A DNA stretch of 64,000 bases from Azolla caroliniana (Eukaryota > Plantae > Polypodiophyta), in contig JBHGNT010000010.1 of the NCBI GenBank assembly GCA_043228905.1, positions 16,120,001 to 16,184,000 on the forward strand. The letters are read 5' to 3'. Below the pieces are notes generated by a model. That model was not told the origin of the DNA. It saw only the letters and a list, made by a program, of their open reading frames with translations, and searched no databases. The translations under genes were made by a program, and so were the position numbers. Shown piece after piece: positions 46,708 to 61,129 of this stretch; within the stretch, counting starts at the first letter, position 1, and each line of letters opens with the position of its first letter.

Positions 46708-46824
46708 GATGGCCTATGGAGGGGCCAACTCAAAGATGAGAATCTTGTGGGAAAAAAAACAAGGATGGGTTTGATCGAGATGGCCTACGGAGGGGCCAAC
46801 TCAAGGATGAGAATCTTGTGGGAA
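46708..46824. repeat. Two ~46-bp direct repeats
   Basis: GATGGCCTA[T/C]GGAGGGGCCAACTCAA[A/G]GATGAGAATCTTGTGGGAA at 46708 and 46779. Confidence 0.85.
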
Positions 46825-49779
46825 TATGACCTCATCGCCTGGACATGGACAACACAAAGTATATTCTTTGATCTATGATTACAAAGTATATATGGTTGTA
46901 GCTAGCCTTGCAATATTGTATCCATTTTTCTGGTTGAAGGGTTGCAGTGTAGATTTCTCCTTGGAGGCGCCAAAAATGTTTATCAATACTTGAGCTATGT
47001 TTCACCCATAAAATAAAGGCTCCGCCCAAAAGTAGTTTGAATCTCAATCTAAAGGGAAATAATATGCTTATCAAGATCGTATGATGTGTCTTTGTCGTAT
47101 ATTGGAAAAGATAACATAGTCCCATTTGACATAACAATATTTGTGATGGTCTTTATACTTGTCTAAGATATAAAGAAACCTTACAAGGCTCTAGTTGGGA
47201 TAATAGTCCTTGAAATTTGACATTGCAATGGATACTATTGAGATTCACTGAATTTACCTTGATTGCATATTCTCTATATCACTTGGGATGTTTAACCACT
47301 TTTTCCAAAACACGCACAAACAATATAAATGTACATAGTCATGTATGGGAAGGAAATATTAACCAAACATTCTAATGAACTTGCCAAACTTGGAGGCTGA
47401 GTAATACTTCACATTTTCTATTTGTGTGTCCTTGATAGATCAAGTTTACCTATGTATGTATCATGTGATGAGTTTTTCTACGTCTATATGTGAATGTAAG
47501 ACATGTGAGTGTGTACTTGTTTTATTATGTTTCCTTTATGTGTGTGAGTGTGCTTTGTTGAGAGAGATGTATGAGTACATGGGTTGGAACAAAATGAAGG
47601 TGAGAAAATCCCAAGAGTTTGGACTTCAAATAGAAGTAAAAATAGAGTTATTAAGCCCCAAGAAGCACCACAACTAACCCAAAACTAAGTGCAAAATGAT
47701 TTCAATTTCTAATGACAATCTGGATGGTATCCTTAGTAACTTGTCACTACCCCCATGTCGTTACTCATCAACAGAGTTCGGCCTACTTTTGTTGTTCCAT
47801 TGTTAAATGGGTGCATGATGTGATCATTATTATGTAGCTCAAATTTCGTAACTACGGACTATGTTGGAGGTGATCATGTGACTTCCGGTTGGTTCATCGT
47901 GAACTTAAAATCAGTTACACATAAATTAATTTGTTATATAGGTAAATGCATTCCTCACATGGATGAAATTGATATCAAGGAATAAATCTTCCAAAAGAAA
48001 AGAGATATTTCAAATGTTCATCTTTGATGATCGTGTCTTTGCAATAAATCAACTTGGTCTAGAATAACTTGACATTGGTTCATTTAATAAAGGTTGTGTA
48101 GTTTTTGTCCATTTGGCTTGCTCAATTTAGGTCCATTCAAACACTCGAGTATTTTGTGTGTCAAACAAGGAATCATGCTCTATGTTACATGGAAGGCCAT
48201 ATTTCCATTTAACATAAATATGTATATGTCATGCTATCATTGGAAAGCATTTAGGCCGTAGAAATGATAAAGGGAGAAAGAAGAAGACAAGGAAAAAAGG
48301 GAGAGGGTGGACCCAACACTTAGAGGTGCAAAAATGTGATGAAATTAAGGTTTATATACATGTCTGCATTTAATAAGTATTTAAGCACATGAAAGTTATA
48401 TATATGTATGTATTTCGTAAAACTAGTAAATGGCTATGTATTTAAATAGATACATAATACTATCGCCACATGTGGAATTGAAGGTTCGGCATCATAAAAT
48501 CCGTATGTCTCTAGACGATTGCTTCTATTACGTTTGCTTTAATTGAACATCTCGAAGAGACTAGAACAATGTTCATTTCTAGCACAAAAGTAGCATAAGA
48601 GAGATTTGAGGAAAATGTAGAAAGTCGAAAACATGTTACTCCAAAGGTTTCAGGAGTCATTATAGCTTAGCTACTTGAAGTCATTACTGAGAAAGTATGC
48701 TAATCACATTTTACTCTTGGGTGCATGACAATAACTCATGCTTTTGTAGAAGAAGATAATAAAGGGAACCCAAGGTTCTTTATAGAAGCAGATACATGAC
48801 ATTGAAGTCAAAAACTTGAATGAGAATATGTAATCATGGTGTTGCATGGCTTTTATTGGAGGGATCTTTTTTTTTTTTTTGGGGGGGGGGGGGGGGGAGA
48901 GAGAGAGAGAGAGAGAGCAATACCCATGTTTTGGGTGCTTTCTCTTGGTGGGTGCTTTCTCTTGGATGCTTAAGGTAGTGTCACAAGGTCTCAATCTAAA
49001 CCTTGGAAATAAGGCGTTTGTGGAGACATGGTGATAATTTGTTGCAAAAAAGCTGAGGATTTTTGAAAGGGGATCCATCTTCCTTTGTTTATGTATTTGT
49101 ACATAACCAAAAACAATATATCATGTTCTTGTTGTATGGAGAAACGGTATAATACCTGAGGCTTGGCTTGGATTTGTATGGTGTCATCCTTGGAAAAGGG
49201 TTGTGGCATTGGCATGAGTGTAAATGATTGATTGGTTGAGGATGGTAGGTATACTTGAAGGTAGAAACGTATTCAAATCATTTTGGCATGGCAATACATT
49301 ATTGGCCACTGGTAACTATGTTTTGAGAGCGATAGATACTTAAGAAAACTGGGACCTCAAGTTTGGAAAGACATTTTCTAGTGAATTACACCTAGTTTTC
49401 TAGGCAAAATAATATAATTATGTTTCAATATTGTTTGGTTATGAAAAAAGAGGTGTGAACACGGGCTACAAATCGAGTTCCAAGCCCATGACATTTCATT
49501 TTCTTGCATTGAACATGGATGGGGGTGAGGGGGGGCATGCCACATGGGCTCTTTCTCCTCGTGCAACAATAACATTATGCCTTTTGAAGCTTTTCGAAGC
49601 TTTGTGAAGCTCAGAGTGAGGTGAAGAAAGAAAAGCATACACATAAAAGAGCCATACACATTATACGTTATATACGCATACGCATACATGTATTCAAGAT
49701 ATGCATACACATACGTACGCATATAATGTTCGTATTCACAATGTATGTATACACACACATGCACATAATAGCTATGGCT

Positions 49780-50775
49780 CAGATGTGAGAGAGAGAGAGA
49801 GATACGTATACATTAACGTCTTTTAAGAAAGGGGAGAGAGAGAGTGTGTGTGTGTGTGTGAGTGGGTACAAATTCCAAAGTACACTTTGCATCCCATGTT
49901 TAAATGGGTGTGTGCTGTAGAGAGAGGGTGTGCGTGTGTAGAGAGAGAATGAAGTAAACTGCGCGCGTGACGTGTCAGCCGGCGATTGGTGGGAGAGTCT
50001 CGTGCTATGTTCAGATTTTGTTGGTCTCCCCCCCCCCCCCCCCCTTCTTCTTCTTCTTCTTCTTTTTCTCAAAGTCTGACTCCCTCTCTCTTCTTTCTTT
50101 CTTCCTGTCTCTATCTTCATCAGCTCTCTCTCTCTCTCTCAACATATCTCTTTCTTTATCGCCACATAAACATGATCTCTCTCTCTCTCTTTCTCTCTCT
50201 CTAGAGTTACCAACATTCCATAGAGTAAAACCCATCTTAGCTTTCAGTCATTCATTCTATCTTGTCTACCCCCTCCCCTCCTCCCCCCCCCCCCTTTGAA
50301 GTCTGCATTTCCACCTACTTTGCCCCACACACCTCACTTAAGCCCAATCCGAGCACTCAAGAGGCTAAACACAAGTCATCCCAGGGTAGGGATTGGTTAA
50401 ACTTGAGGAGAGTTGAAGAACTCGTGGGCTTTAGGAGACAATGCCTGAGGCCTCTCACCACCTGGGAGAAGAATGAGACATGCTCTCGACAAATTTTGAA
50501 GAGACCTTGTGGGGAGCCACCATAGGGATTTGCGGCAAGTCTCCTTAAGTATAGTAGACATGATTGATTACACCCTTTTTTTGTGCTTAACATTTGCTAA
50601 TTTTAATTTCATGAATAGACTGTATACTAAGCATATTGGTTGGTTTGGTCTCGTAGGCCACAACAACCTCACCAAAGAGCTTAAGACACTTCTTCTTCCA
50701 ACAAACAAACATTCTAATGTCCACCTTCAAAAATATTTGTAGAGGACACTCACGAATCACACACACACACACACA

Positions 50776-50842
<67 letters not shown>

Positions 50843-50865
50843 GCACACACCCTCTCTCTCTCTCT
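49780..50865. promoter_or_regulatory. Microsatellite-rich promoter/enhancer-like block (GA/CT, CA, CTT, poly-C) with ACGT and CCAAT motifs
   Basis: (GA)n, (GT)n, (CT)n and (CA)n tracts; TGACGTGTC at ~49968 and ATTGG at ~49985. Function is inferred. Confidence 0.4.
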
Positions 50866-53555
50866 AATTAACTGTCATGCAATGTCCATTCCATATATAA
50901 GAGAAAAAAAAACACTTTATCCCTTTCTCTCTAACCATGTAACATTTCAATGTCCACCTCCAAAAGTACCCCTATACAAAAAAACACTTCCCCTATCTCT
51001 CTCTCTAACTAACTGACTGACTGACGTTCCAATGTCCACCTCCAAAGATACCTCTATATCGCACACACAAATACGTGCTTTCTCTAAAAGTACCCTTGTA
51101 AACTAACTAACATTCCACCTCTAAAAGTACCCCTATAAAAATTAACGTGTTTTGTTTCTTAGGCACGTGTTCCTATGATTCCAAGTCTCCTTCCCCTCCA
51201 ATAAAACCCCTTTGGTACACCCATTTTTATCTCCCCCTTCCCAGCACTTTTGTACACCCTTTCTTCCTTCTCATTTCTCAATGTTTGCACCCTATTTTGT
51301 TAGCAAAATTTTCACTTGTCCCTAGCACCTCCCAAATGTACTTATCTCTTTCGTCTATCTTATCACTTCCTCCATCATATATCTATCTCGATATTAGTAA
51401 AACAAGCCATTTGATTTGGCCCTTTTTTCATTTGTCCTTTGCAATCAAGAAACACAAACTTGGAATCAACAAATAAAATCATCTCGTTTGGCTCCTTTTT
51501 ATTTGTCTATCACAATCACTAATCACAAGCTTGAAATCATCACACAATACCATGTGGTTTGGTTCCTTCTTATTTGTCCTTAGCCATCTCACATCACAAG
51601 CAAAATGTAGTGATAATATTAGCTTAAAGGAAACAACATTCTACCCCGCCAAAACCTCCTTTGTTTCTATTTATCCCTAAAAGTACACAAAATTTATGTG
51701 TCAAATTTATTACATTGCCAACCCAACTAGGTTTCGAGGCCTTGTACAAATTCGGAATTCTGTCATAGATGTGTTTGACATCATTTCATTTACAAATTAA
51801 GTTGTAATTAATTTTGCAATAAACTCTCTTGTTTTTAGAGCGATTAAAATTAAGTTTGGTCATTGCACATGTTTTCATGTTGAACTATACTCCATGTGAT
51901 GTTTCGCAATTATAGAAGATGTCCATAAACAATTCGTCAATGAAAAAATCGTCAATTGATTGTGTGATTTGTTTTACTATAAGTTTTCGCATTATTCGCA
52001 TCTATCTCAATGAGTGGCATCTCAATGAGAGGTTCAAGTCCAGAAATCAATAATGAGGGAATGAAATTGGGACATGTGTGGTGCCCACTACTTATCGATC
52101 ACGAATTCCTAGTTGTGTAATGTGATGATGCCTTCTGACTTGTTTGCTATGATGGAAGCTTGTATGGCAATGTGGGCACACCAACATTGTCCAATGGTAA
52201 ATTTGGAAAAGCAAGCAATAATGTACGCAAAAAGAAGAAGTTATGAAAGATGGATGAAAACTTTTTATTCAAGAGGGTATACCTATGTACACAACCGTCG
52301 CATTGTTAGTGATGAAATTTCTTTGTTGTTGGAAGTAGCTCATGTGTATAACAAACACTTGAATTGAATGTACAATTGCTTAGAAATAGGCTAGAAAAAC
52401 ATGTTGCTCATGCAATATATACATTAATTATAACTAGGTAACTATTATAAATATTGGCTTAGCTCTAATTGTGTAATTTGATAATGTGAAGCACATTTAT
52501 AAGCACAAATTCCATCATAAGATATTCAGACCTACGTAATGTTATCGGGGATCGATATTCCTTAGGAAGTGATGTGACAGTATATATAGTGTCACAATAT
52601 AGTACAAGTTTCATCTTGCAATCCTGTACAAAACTTCTTGTTGTTGTAATTGAGTCCAATGTGCATACAACTTCATACATATATAGTATTGTATGGCCAT
52701 TACCAAGAGGGAATCATCAATCAAACTTGATTGCCAATCTCCATTGGTCTTGTCACTGTGTTACTACCATAGTGTGTTGATGTTGCAACACGAATTCGAT
52801 ATAAGCAAGGCACATTCAAGACAATATTCTTGTTGATGACCATATATATTGGGAAATGGTTGTGACATGGTTGGGTGAATGAAAGGGCAATACTTCGTTG
52901 GATGCAATGTTGATCAAGCTACTTGGGATTGCCTAATGATTTATATAGTACATAATGGCCATGTAACTGAACAATGGGTAAGTGAGGGTGTGCGTAGAGC
53001 CCCAAACAAATGATTCTAACAGACTCGAGGGGTTGGGGGTTGGATAGAAATAATGGTAGATTTGATCATCGTAAAGAACCGAAATGAAACATGAACTCTA
53101 GGACCAAGTTGAAAGATTTTATTGTAGTATGTGTTTCAAGCTGATTATTGACTCTGGGTAGTGAAGAAATCTATCGATGAAGGTTGCAATTGGGAGTGCA
53201 TCGTGACTGCGAGAGAAATGTGTATCGGGCGGGGTAAGTTTGGATTCACAATGAGGGGGAGCTAGACTCGAATGTGCAAAGAGGCATTCTAATAGGGAGG
53301 GGTGATATGTATATGTATACTTTAGGGACACACGAGATACGTTAGGTGCACAACATGTTCATTGGAAAGGGTGTTCATAAAATTTGAATGCAAAAAGAAA
53401 TGGATATGGAGGGGGGGCAAGGAAGGGGTGGGCATGGGAAAGGCTGTTAAAAACAAATCAAAATTTGAATGAGAGATATGCTATATAGGAATGTGTGTGT
53501 GTTAATTGGCTCACAATAACTCAAAGGCAGCTTGTCAAACCTTTATAATTGATGG

Positions 53556-53598
<43 letters not shown>

Positions 53599-54340
53599 GG
53601 AAAAGGGAGTGTGTGTGTTGTGTGGGGCCAACGAAGGATCACTATCTGGGCAGCCTTATAGTATAAGTAAGTAAAAGAAAAAAAAAAGGCCGGCTGGCTA
53701 AATGATAATAAGTGTTTTTCACTTTATTTATTTATGCGTATATATAACATATATTTATCGTTCTCTTTTCTCTTTTTTACCATTATTCATTTTTATTGAT
53801 GATTTATAATTTTTTTACCTTATCTCCCCCCCCCCCCCCCCTTCCTCAAACACAAATACATATGCATGCATTTTCATAATGTATAATTATTATTCATTTT
53901 TTTTACCTGTGGTGTTTTTTGATGGATTTACACGGAGTCGTTGATAGGTAGATAAGTCACACAAGCGATGACAGACAAAAGTGTATGTATGTGTGTGTCT
54001 GCCTGGTCTTTCTTTTTCTGTGTTTTTTTTTTTAAAAACAATTTCTCTCTCTCTCTCTCTCAAAAAAAAGAAGGTTTCCATTTCGTTTCTTGTCCGGACA
54101 AAAAGGAAAATCAAAAAAGAAAAAAAAGGGAATCGACTCTTGTGTTGTGGGGTGTGAACACAAGGGGGGGGGGACCCGTAACAAATTTTACTCTGTTTTT
54201 TATTTTTCTTCTCACCACCTGAAAGACATTCTCTCTGTATATATATTATATATGCGATGCATATGCATATATAAATAAATAAATAAATAAATAAATAGAT
54301 AAATAAATAAATAGATAAATAAATAAATAAATATTATACA

Positions 54341-54401
<61 letters not shown>

Positions 54402-54713
54402 TTCATAGAGTATACTCCCCCTTCTGTTTTACCATTGAACCTATCTATCTATAACCATGGCGAAAAAAGAAAGAAGCCTCTTCTATTACTGATTCTTACA
54501 CACAATTCTGTTGTTTGCCTTCTTAATTTATGTCCATCATGCTAATCATCCTCCCTAATTTCCCCCATCTTCCTTCTCCCTCTTCTTCTTCTTCTTCTTC
54601 TTCTTCTTCTGATTATTATTATTATTATTCTAACCAGAATTCTACTACCTTCTTTTCTACTTCTATTCTCTCATTAGCTATCACTTCTTTATTACTACTA
54701 ACTACAGCTATTA

Positions 54714-54750
<37 letters not shown>

Positions 54751-55328
54751 TTACTTCTTCTTCTTCCTCCTCTTCCTTAATCCCATGTATTTGCTGCTGT
54801 AATTCCATATCCTTCCATTCTGATTTGATCTACAAACAACAACTCTAATGAATAATAAGACCTCTTGACCTAATCTTACTTATTATGCATTATCGCGAGT
54901 TAAACGAAATCCGTTATATAACTATATAGACAACTATGCCGATGATAGTGTTCAAATTACAAAGGACCCACCTAGGGATTAGTATGAATGGGATCATATA
55001 CAAAATATTGGTGCTTATATATAATATGTTTCTCTATATTATCATTGACCTCCATCTACAGCTACAAGTACTTCCTACTTGTAAGTTTCGCTTCCAACTA
55101 TAACTAAAAAAGGTACTACTACTATACAAACAGAATGGATTCTCTACATAGATAGAGATATATATGTATATGTGTGAATTGAATGAATGATAGCTAGCTA
55201 GCTAGCTTTCTTCTCTTTTCTTACTTTGTTAGTAGTACTTTAATCAATCCAACAGTCCGGGCTGCGCTCTCCTTCTTCTTCTTCTTTTTTGATTGATTGA
55301 TTTTATTTTTATTTATTTCTAAAGTACC

Positions 55329-58300
55329 ATGAATTCATTAGCCAACTTGAATTCTATGGTCAATAACAACAACAATAACAACAACAACAACAACAGTAAT
55401 GATAATATTAATCATAATCATAATGATCACGATGATCGTCACCACGATCATGGGCAATGGTCGCCCGGTGCGTGGGACCAGCCGCCCGTTGCAGCTCAAG
55501 CCATATCATCATGTAGCGGCGGGGTCCTTATAAACCATCACCATCATCAACACCATAGCAACAACAATGGCAACAATCATCCAGGGTCCGAGCATCGGTT
55601 TCACACTCTTTCGTCCGATGTGATTACGGCCGCCTCCGCTGGATCGTGCCGGCCCGAATGGGATTGGTCGGAAAATCATCTCATCTTAGCTTCCCAGTAT
55701 GCCAACTCTTCGGCCGCCCCGGCCATGACCGACCATACCTCCACTACTAGTACCCACGACGATCACCATCATGACCACATGGAATGCAAACCTTACATCA
55801 TGATGCAAGCCGCCGGCCACCACGATGACCAACATGACCTTAATCACACTACAGCTAGTGTAATTAACCCAAATGCTAATGCTAATTCCGCTTCCGCTCA
55901 AGCCGGGCAGCTCCGCCAATTATATAGCGGGTTCCTTAACACCAATGGACATGTACTAATCAATCACAATGCGGCCAGCTCCCCATGGCCGTTAAACATC
56001 GCAATAGCGAGGCAAAACATCGGAGCTAATTTGGATCTCCACCACATTTCATCTTCATCGCCGTCATCGTCATCATCTCATAATGCTAACAGCAATACTA
56101 ATTACTCACAAACGATAAGCTATAATGGATTAGGGGCGGCCGTCGGGAACATTAGTCCGTCGTGGATAACTCACGCGGCCGCGACAAACAGCAGCTATAA
56201 TGATCATCCTGGTGGCAATATTAGCATTAACCTAAACAACTATTTGTCCGGGGTGGGCGAGAGCACTAGGAACAACAACAATGGCGGCAATTGCAATGGC
56301 GGTGACAATCATCACGAGACAAACCATGTCATGGCGGCCGAGCAACGTTTGCACAACCAACTTCTAGGGTTAGCTAGCATCGAGCAGCAACGCCGAATTC
56401 AAGACATATTCAAAGGGGGCTTATACAACAACACTAGCATTGGAGGCGGGGCTGCCGGATCGAGCCCGAGCGGGGCCAACATAGGCAGTGGGGGAATACA
56501 CGGGGGTCACGATTTCAACAGCACGAGGATCGGACTCAATCTGGGCGGTCGCACATATTTCTCGGCCGAGGACAGCGCCAACTATGCTTTCGCGGCCCGG
56601 TTCGGGAAACGGTTCCACACTATGAACAGCCTGCCCGGTGCGAGTATGCAACATGTCCCGCTATGCCAAGCCGAAGGATGTAAAGCTGATCTCAGCATCG
56701 CGAAGCATTACCACCGCCGCCACAAAGTGTGTGAATATCACTCCAAAGCTTCGACTGTAGTGATCAATGGCAACACGCAGAGATTTTGCCAGCAATGTAG
56801 TAGGTAGGTAGTACATATATGTGCAATTCACATTTGATCCCATGTGTGTTTTGTGATTAAATTTAGGTCCGAAACACATGGAATTTTAGGTCATTAGGAA
56901 CTAGCTGTAACTTGACTAGACAAATTTGAATGTACATTAGGTATGTATATGTTAATGGTATGGTTTTCTATGCACAACTTAGTGCTGGATCCACAACACC
57001 ATGTTGATGATGCATGTTTTGGTTGTGTTCTACTTACGAAAAAAATCATTTTAGGTTTCATGCATTGCCGGAATTCGATGAAGGTAAACGGAGTTGTAGG
57101 AAGAGGTTAGCCGATCACAATAGGCGGCGTAGGAAACCTCAAGCCACACCCACAACCGCGACCACACCGGCAACAACTTCCTCGTTAACAACTTCGACTA
57201 CCCCTAGTACTTCCACCACTACTAACACCACTATTACTACACCTAGCGGTTCGGCTAAGAATGATGCCAAACGAAACTTCAACAATGATGAATGCAAACA
57301 AACGTTATTAATACAAGCCGATGGGCTAGGTACCGGTACCACGACCACAACAACTACCACCACGACCACAAGGAGCACCTCCCCCGTGATCGATGAATTA
57401 GAACAGCATGGTGAAGTACTATGTGCTTATATACTACTATAATAATGGCAAAATGTATAATCTATCCTCATGGTGAAGTATATGCATCATGAAGATATTT
57501 TTATTAGGTGGTCTAGTATATAATAAGTATTGATGGATCTCATGTATATTGTGTGAGTAGGAGACCAAATGATTAATAAGGTGGTAGAGGTGGATCATCA
57601 AGCATCACTCGTAATGGGCCATCATGATCGCGAGGATATAAGCTCCGACAATTCCACTTCATCTCATCTAACAGCTCCGGCCACCACGGCCCCGCCCCCA
57701 GCATTAAATATATTGGCGCCGATGTTGTCATCATCGACTGATAATATCCATAATATCGGTGATGTCGATGATGATGATGACCATCACATGGCCGCGCCAT
57801 CCGTATTGCTCACACTTCAGAATCATCTCGACATCAATAACAATAACAATGCCAACATGAATGCCAATGACAATCATAGCTATATGAATATGAAAGAGTC
57901 GAGCACGGCTAGTGCTTCGACGTATTTCCTCAATGGCGGGCCGAGCCTCTCCCTAGACCTATCCAACAACAATGGTAGTACTACTACTACGACAACTAAC
58001 AACAATAGCAATAGTAATAGCATGGATCGTGCGGGATCATTGTCAAGTAATATGATTTCTGGTAGTGTGAACAATGGTAACATTAGTGGTACTCATCAAA
58101 GATCGGGTGTCGCTACTCCACGCCGTAGTTTAGATGAGGTTGAGCTTTCGGTCCCATGGTTAAGGCAACACCAACACCGGCATCAACAACAACAACAACA
58201 TAATAATAATAACAACAACACCACCAACACCATGGATGATCATCATGTGGCAGATAGTATCAACATTGCAAGCCATGTCAATGTGAGTGCTAATAATCCC

Positions 58301-58984
58301 AACAAATTAGGGGTGGATGGTGGGGAACTAGTAGGGTTACCAAGCAATGTTAGTACCCCTAGTGGTTCATCGATGATATTAACGAATAATATTATCCGTG
58401 GGGGGATGAATGCAGGGCTACAAATATATAATATGAATGCCGAGGAGCATGGCCGGTTGCTCGCGGAGCATATACAGAGCTTACAATCGGCGGCATCTCG
58501 TGACAATGATAACTACAACACCAACAACAACAACAGTGATGATGGGGATGATGAGGAGAATGGTCATCATAACAAGGCCAATGATCATATGATTCTTCAT
58601 CCACATGGTTTGCATATGGGAACAAAGCTATGGGAGCAGAGCCCTAATAATCCTAGTGGTAGTGACAATAATACACATGTGTTAAGCTTGTTAGAGACCT
58701 CTACACTAAGTGGGCAAAATCATCATCTGGGCTTTTTACATCATCATCATCATCAGAACCATCATCATGCTAATCATATCAATATACATGAGGATTTAGA
58801 TCTTCAGCAGCCACAGCCACATCTTCGTCCATATCATCACAATACTGTGCAACAGGGTATTTTGAGACCCCTCATGAATGTCCATGAATCTCTCCACACT
58901 GCTAATGCTACAGGGATCAATACTTCTTCTTCTTCTACTACTGCTACTAGTACTGCTGATTTCATGAAAGATGGATTTGTCTAG
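55329..58984 (+). CDS. SPL8: SBP-box (SQUAMOSA promoter-binding-like) transcription factor, SPL8-like; exons 55329-56803, 57055-57410, 57561-58984; ~1084 aa
   Basis: SBP domain [11 protein letters not shown]...[11 protein letters not shown]...RFCQQCSR|FH...[22 protein letters not shown] split by the conserved intron. [12 protein letters not shown] motif upstream. GT-AG junctions keep frame (3255 nt). The second intron is less certain. Confidence 0.88.
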
Positions 58985-59189
58985 CTTGTGATCATCATTT
59001 ATATAGTGGAGTACATCATCATCATCATCATCATCAACAACACACAGACACACACACACATACAAAAGCAAGAGCATTCCCAATCCATCAATCTAGATTC
59101 TTAATTTTCTCACTCTCTCATTTTGCCTTTCTTTTTCCTTCTTCGGTTCTTAATTCCATCCGATTGTATTAACAAATCAATTTGTATGG

Positions 59190-60105
59190 ACCTTATAATC
59201 CTTTGGATAAATTTTTTGTTTTTGTTTTTGTTTTGTTGATTGTTGTTATTATTAAACCATCTTTGTTTGATGTCCGTGATCCACAGTTCAATTCAATGTT
59301 TTACATTTTTTCTTCTAATGAAAATTCAGGAACATTTTGTAGCCAAATATATTGCATTTATGTAATGGTCATTGTGCAATTCCGTTGAATTCCTCAAGGT
59401 TTTATGTATAGACCTCATCCTAATCTGGATAAATTTTTTCTTTTGTTTTTTTATATTGTTATTATTGTCATCATGATAACAAAATGCATCTTTGTTTGAT
59501 TCCCATGATCCATAGTTCAATTAATTCATGTTCTCGTTTTTTTCCTTTTAACGGAAATTCAGGAACATTTTGTAGCCACAAATATTGCCTATATTGTAAT
59601 GGTCGTTGTGCAATTCCATTGAATTCCTCAAGATTTTATGGATAGACCTAATAATCCTAATCTAGATCAATTTTTTCTTTTGTTTTTTTTATTGTTATTA
59701 TTAATATATCATCATGATAACAAAATGCATCTTGGTTTAATCCCCATGATCCATAGTTCAATTAATTCATGTTCTCGGTTTTTGTCTTTTAAGGAAAATT
59801 CAGGAACATTTTGTAGCCAAATATATTGCATATATGTAATGGTCATTGTGCAATTCCGTTGAATTCCTCAAGGTTTTATGTATAGACCTAATCCTAATCT
59901 GGATAAAATTTTTCTTTTGTTTTTTTTATTGTTATTGTTGTCATCATGATAACAAAATGCATCTTTGTTTGATTCCGATGATCCATAGTTCAATTAATTC
60001 ATGTTCTCGGTTTTTGTCTTTTAAGGAAAATTCAGGAACATTTTGTAGCCAAACATATTGCCCATATGTAACGGGCAATGTGCCATTCCATAAAATTCCT
60101 TAAGG
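59190..60105. repeat. Tandem repeat, ~235-240-bp unit, nearly 4 copies
   Basis: AATTCAGGAACATTTTGTAGCCA recurs at ~59323, 59557, 59797 and 60029. Confidence 0.9.
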
Positions 60106-60874
60106 TTACATTGTGATGGAATTGAACGATGCCACTTTTGGGCAACAAAATCTCTCTATGACCACCATATCAAGATCATCCAACCCAACAAATCAATGGG
60201 AAAAAAATCAAGGAACCCAATTTCACGATTGACACCAAGTGAGCGAAAACCTTCACTTGAAGATGTGCATGATTATCAGCAAGAAGAGCATAATTTATCT
60301 CACCCATGAGCCAATGCATCAATGGAACCAACAAAAAGGCAGACAAAGAAACAAAAAATCTCATTGTTGTAGCCTGTAGGTATATATATAGGGAGTTATA
60401 GAGAGGAAACATCTAGCATTTCCTAGAACACACACCATTTTTCACGAAATCCCCGAATCACCAAACTTTGTTTCTCCAAATCATGAAATCTCTTTGAAAC
60501 ATTTGTGTTTCACTCCCACACTTTGTGTCCGCATGCACAATCTTTCATTAGAAACAAAGAGAATGGGTAAGATGGGAAATTGAAAAAGAGTGAATCGAGA
60601 GAGAGAGAGAGAGAGAAAGAAAGAAATATTAACGTCTTCTAAGGCCAAAATTAGCCCATGAGAGAGAGATGTAGGGATTTGAATGACAGGAAAAAGCCAT
60701 TTTGTGTAGAGATGCTCCGATTCCTCTTCATTTTGCCTTATTACCGAATAAATAATAGCGAATGCCAAATTTATAACACTTACATGGAAGCTTCGCTAGA
60801 ATTCTTTAGTCTTCCACCTTCAACGAAGTCGTTGCAGAAGACTGAAGAAGGACAAGAAGCTTCCAACTATTGAC

Positions 60875-60907
<33 letters not shown>

Positions 60908-61129
60908 GTCCAAAATCCTGATCTATCGAAACAGCGAGACGTTTTTTCTTCATTCATCCTTTTTGATGCTGCCAATCATGATCATCTAACGGTATATATT
61001 TCTTCTTCTTCTTCTGTTTTCTTTAATTCTGTACTCCCATGTCTAAAGCTTGGTAAGGAAACCAATAAGCCGTTATTTGCGATTCATTTCATCCGTTTCC
61101 TATCGTTTTATTCAAGTTTGTTTTGTCTG

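Noticed and set aside
39842-49700. Short ORFs and possible old TE remnants in AT-rich DNA
   Set aside because: No recognisable domains, codon structure or element boundaries by eye.
52800-52940. LINE RT remnant (ARHIQDNILV)
   Set aside because: One short motif with no further RT motifs; needs tBLASTn or HMM support.
54530-54802. 90-aa upstream ORF
   Set aside because: Made of (TCT)n and (TAC)n microsatellites; no evidence of conservation.
60176-60412. Minus-strand hydrophobic ORF with an AG/GT-bounded mini-exon
   Set aside because: No recognisable family and no partner exons found.
60658-60991. First coding exon of the CNGC gene
   Set aside because: A plausible donor lies near 60992, but no ATG-initiated frame reaches it without a stop, so it may be a UTR exon; not called.
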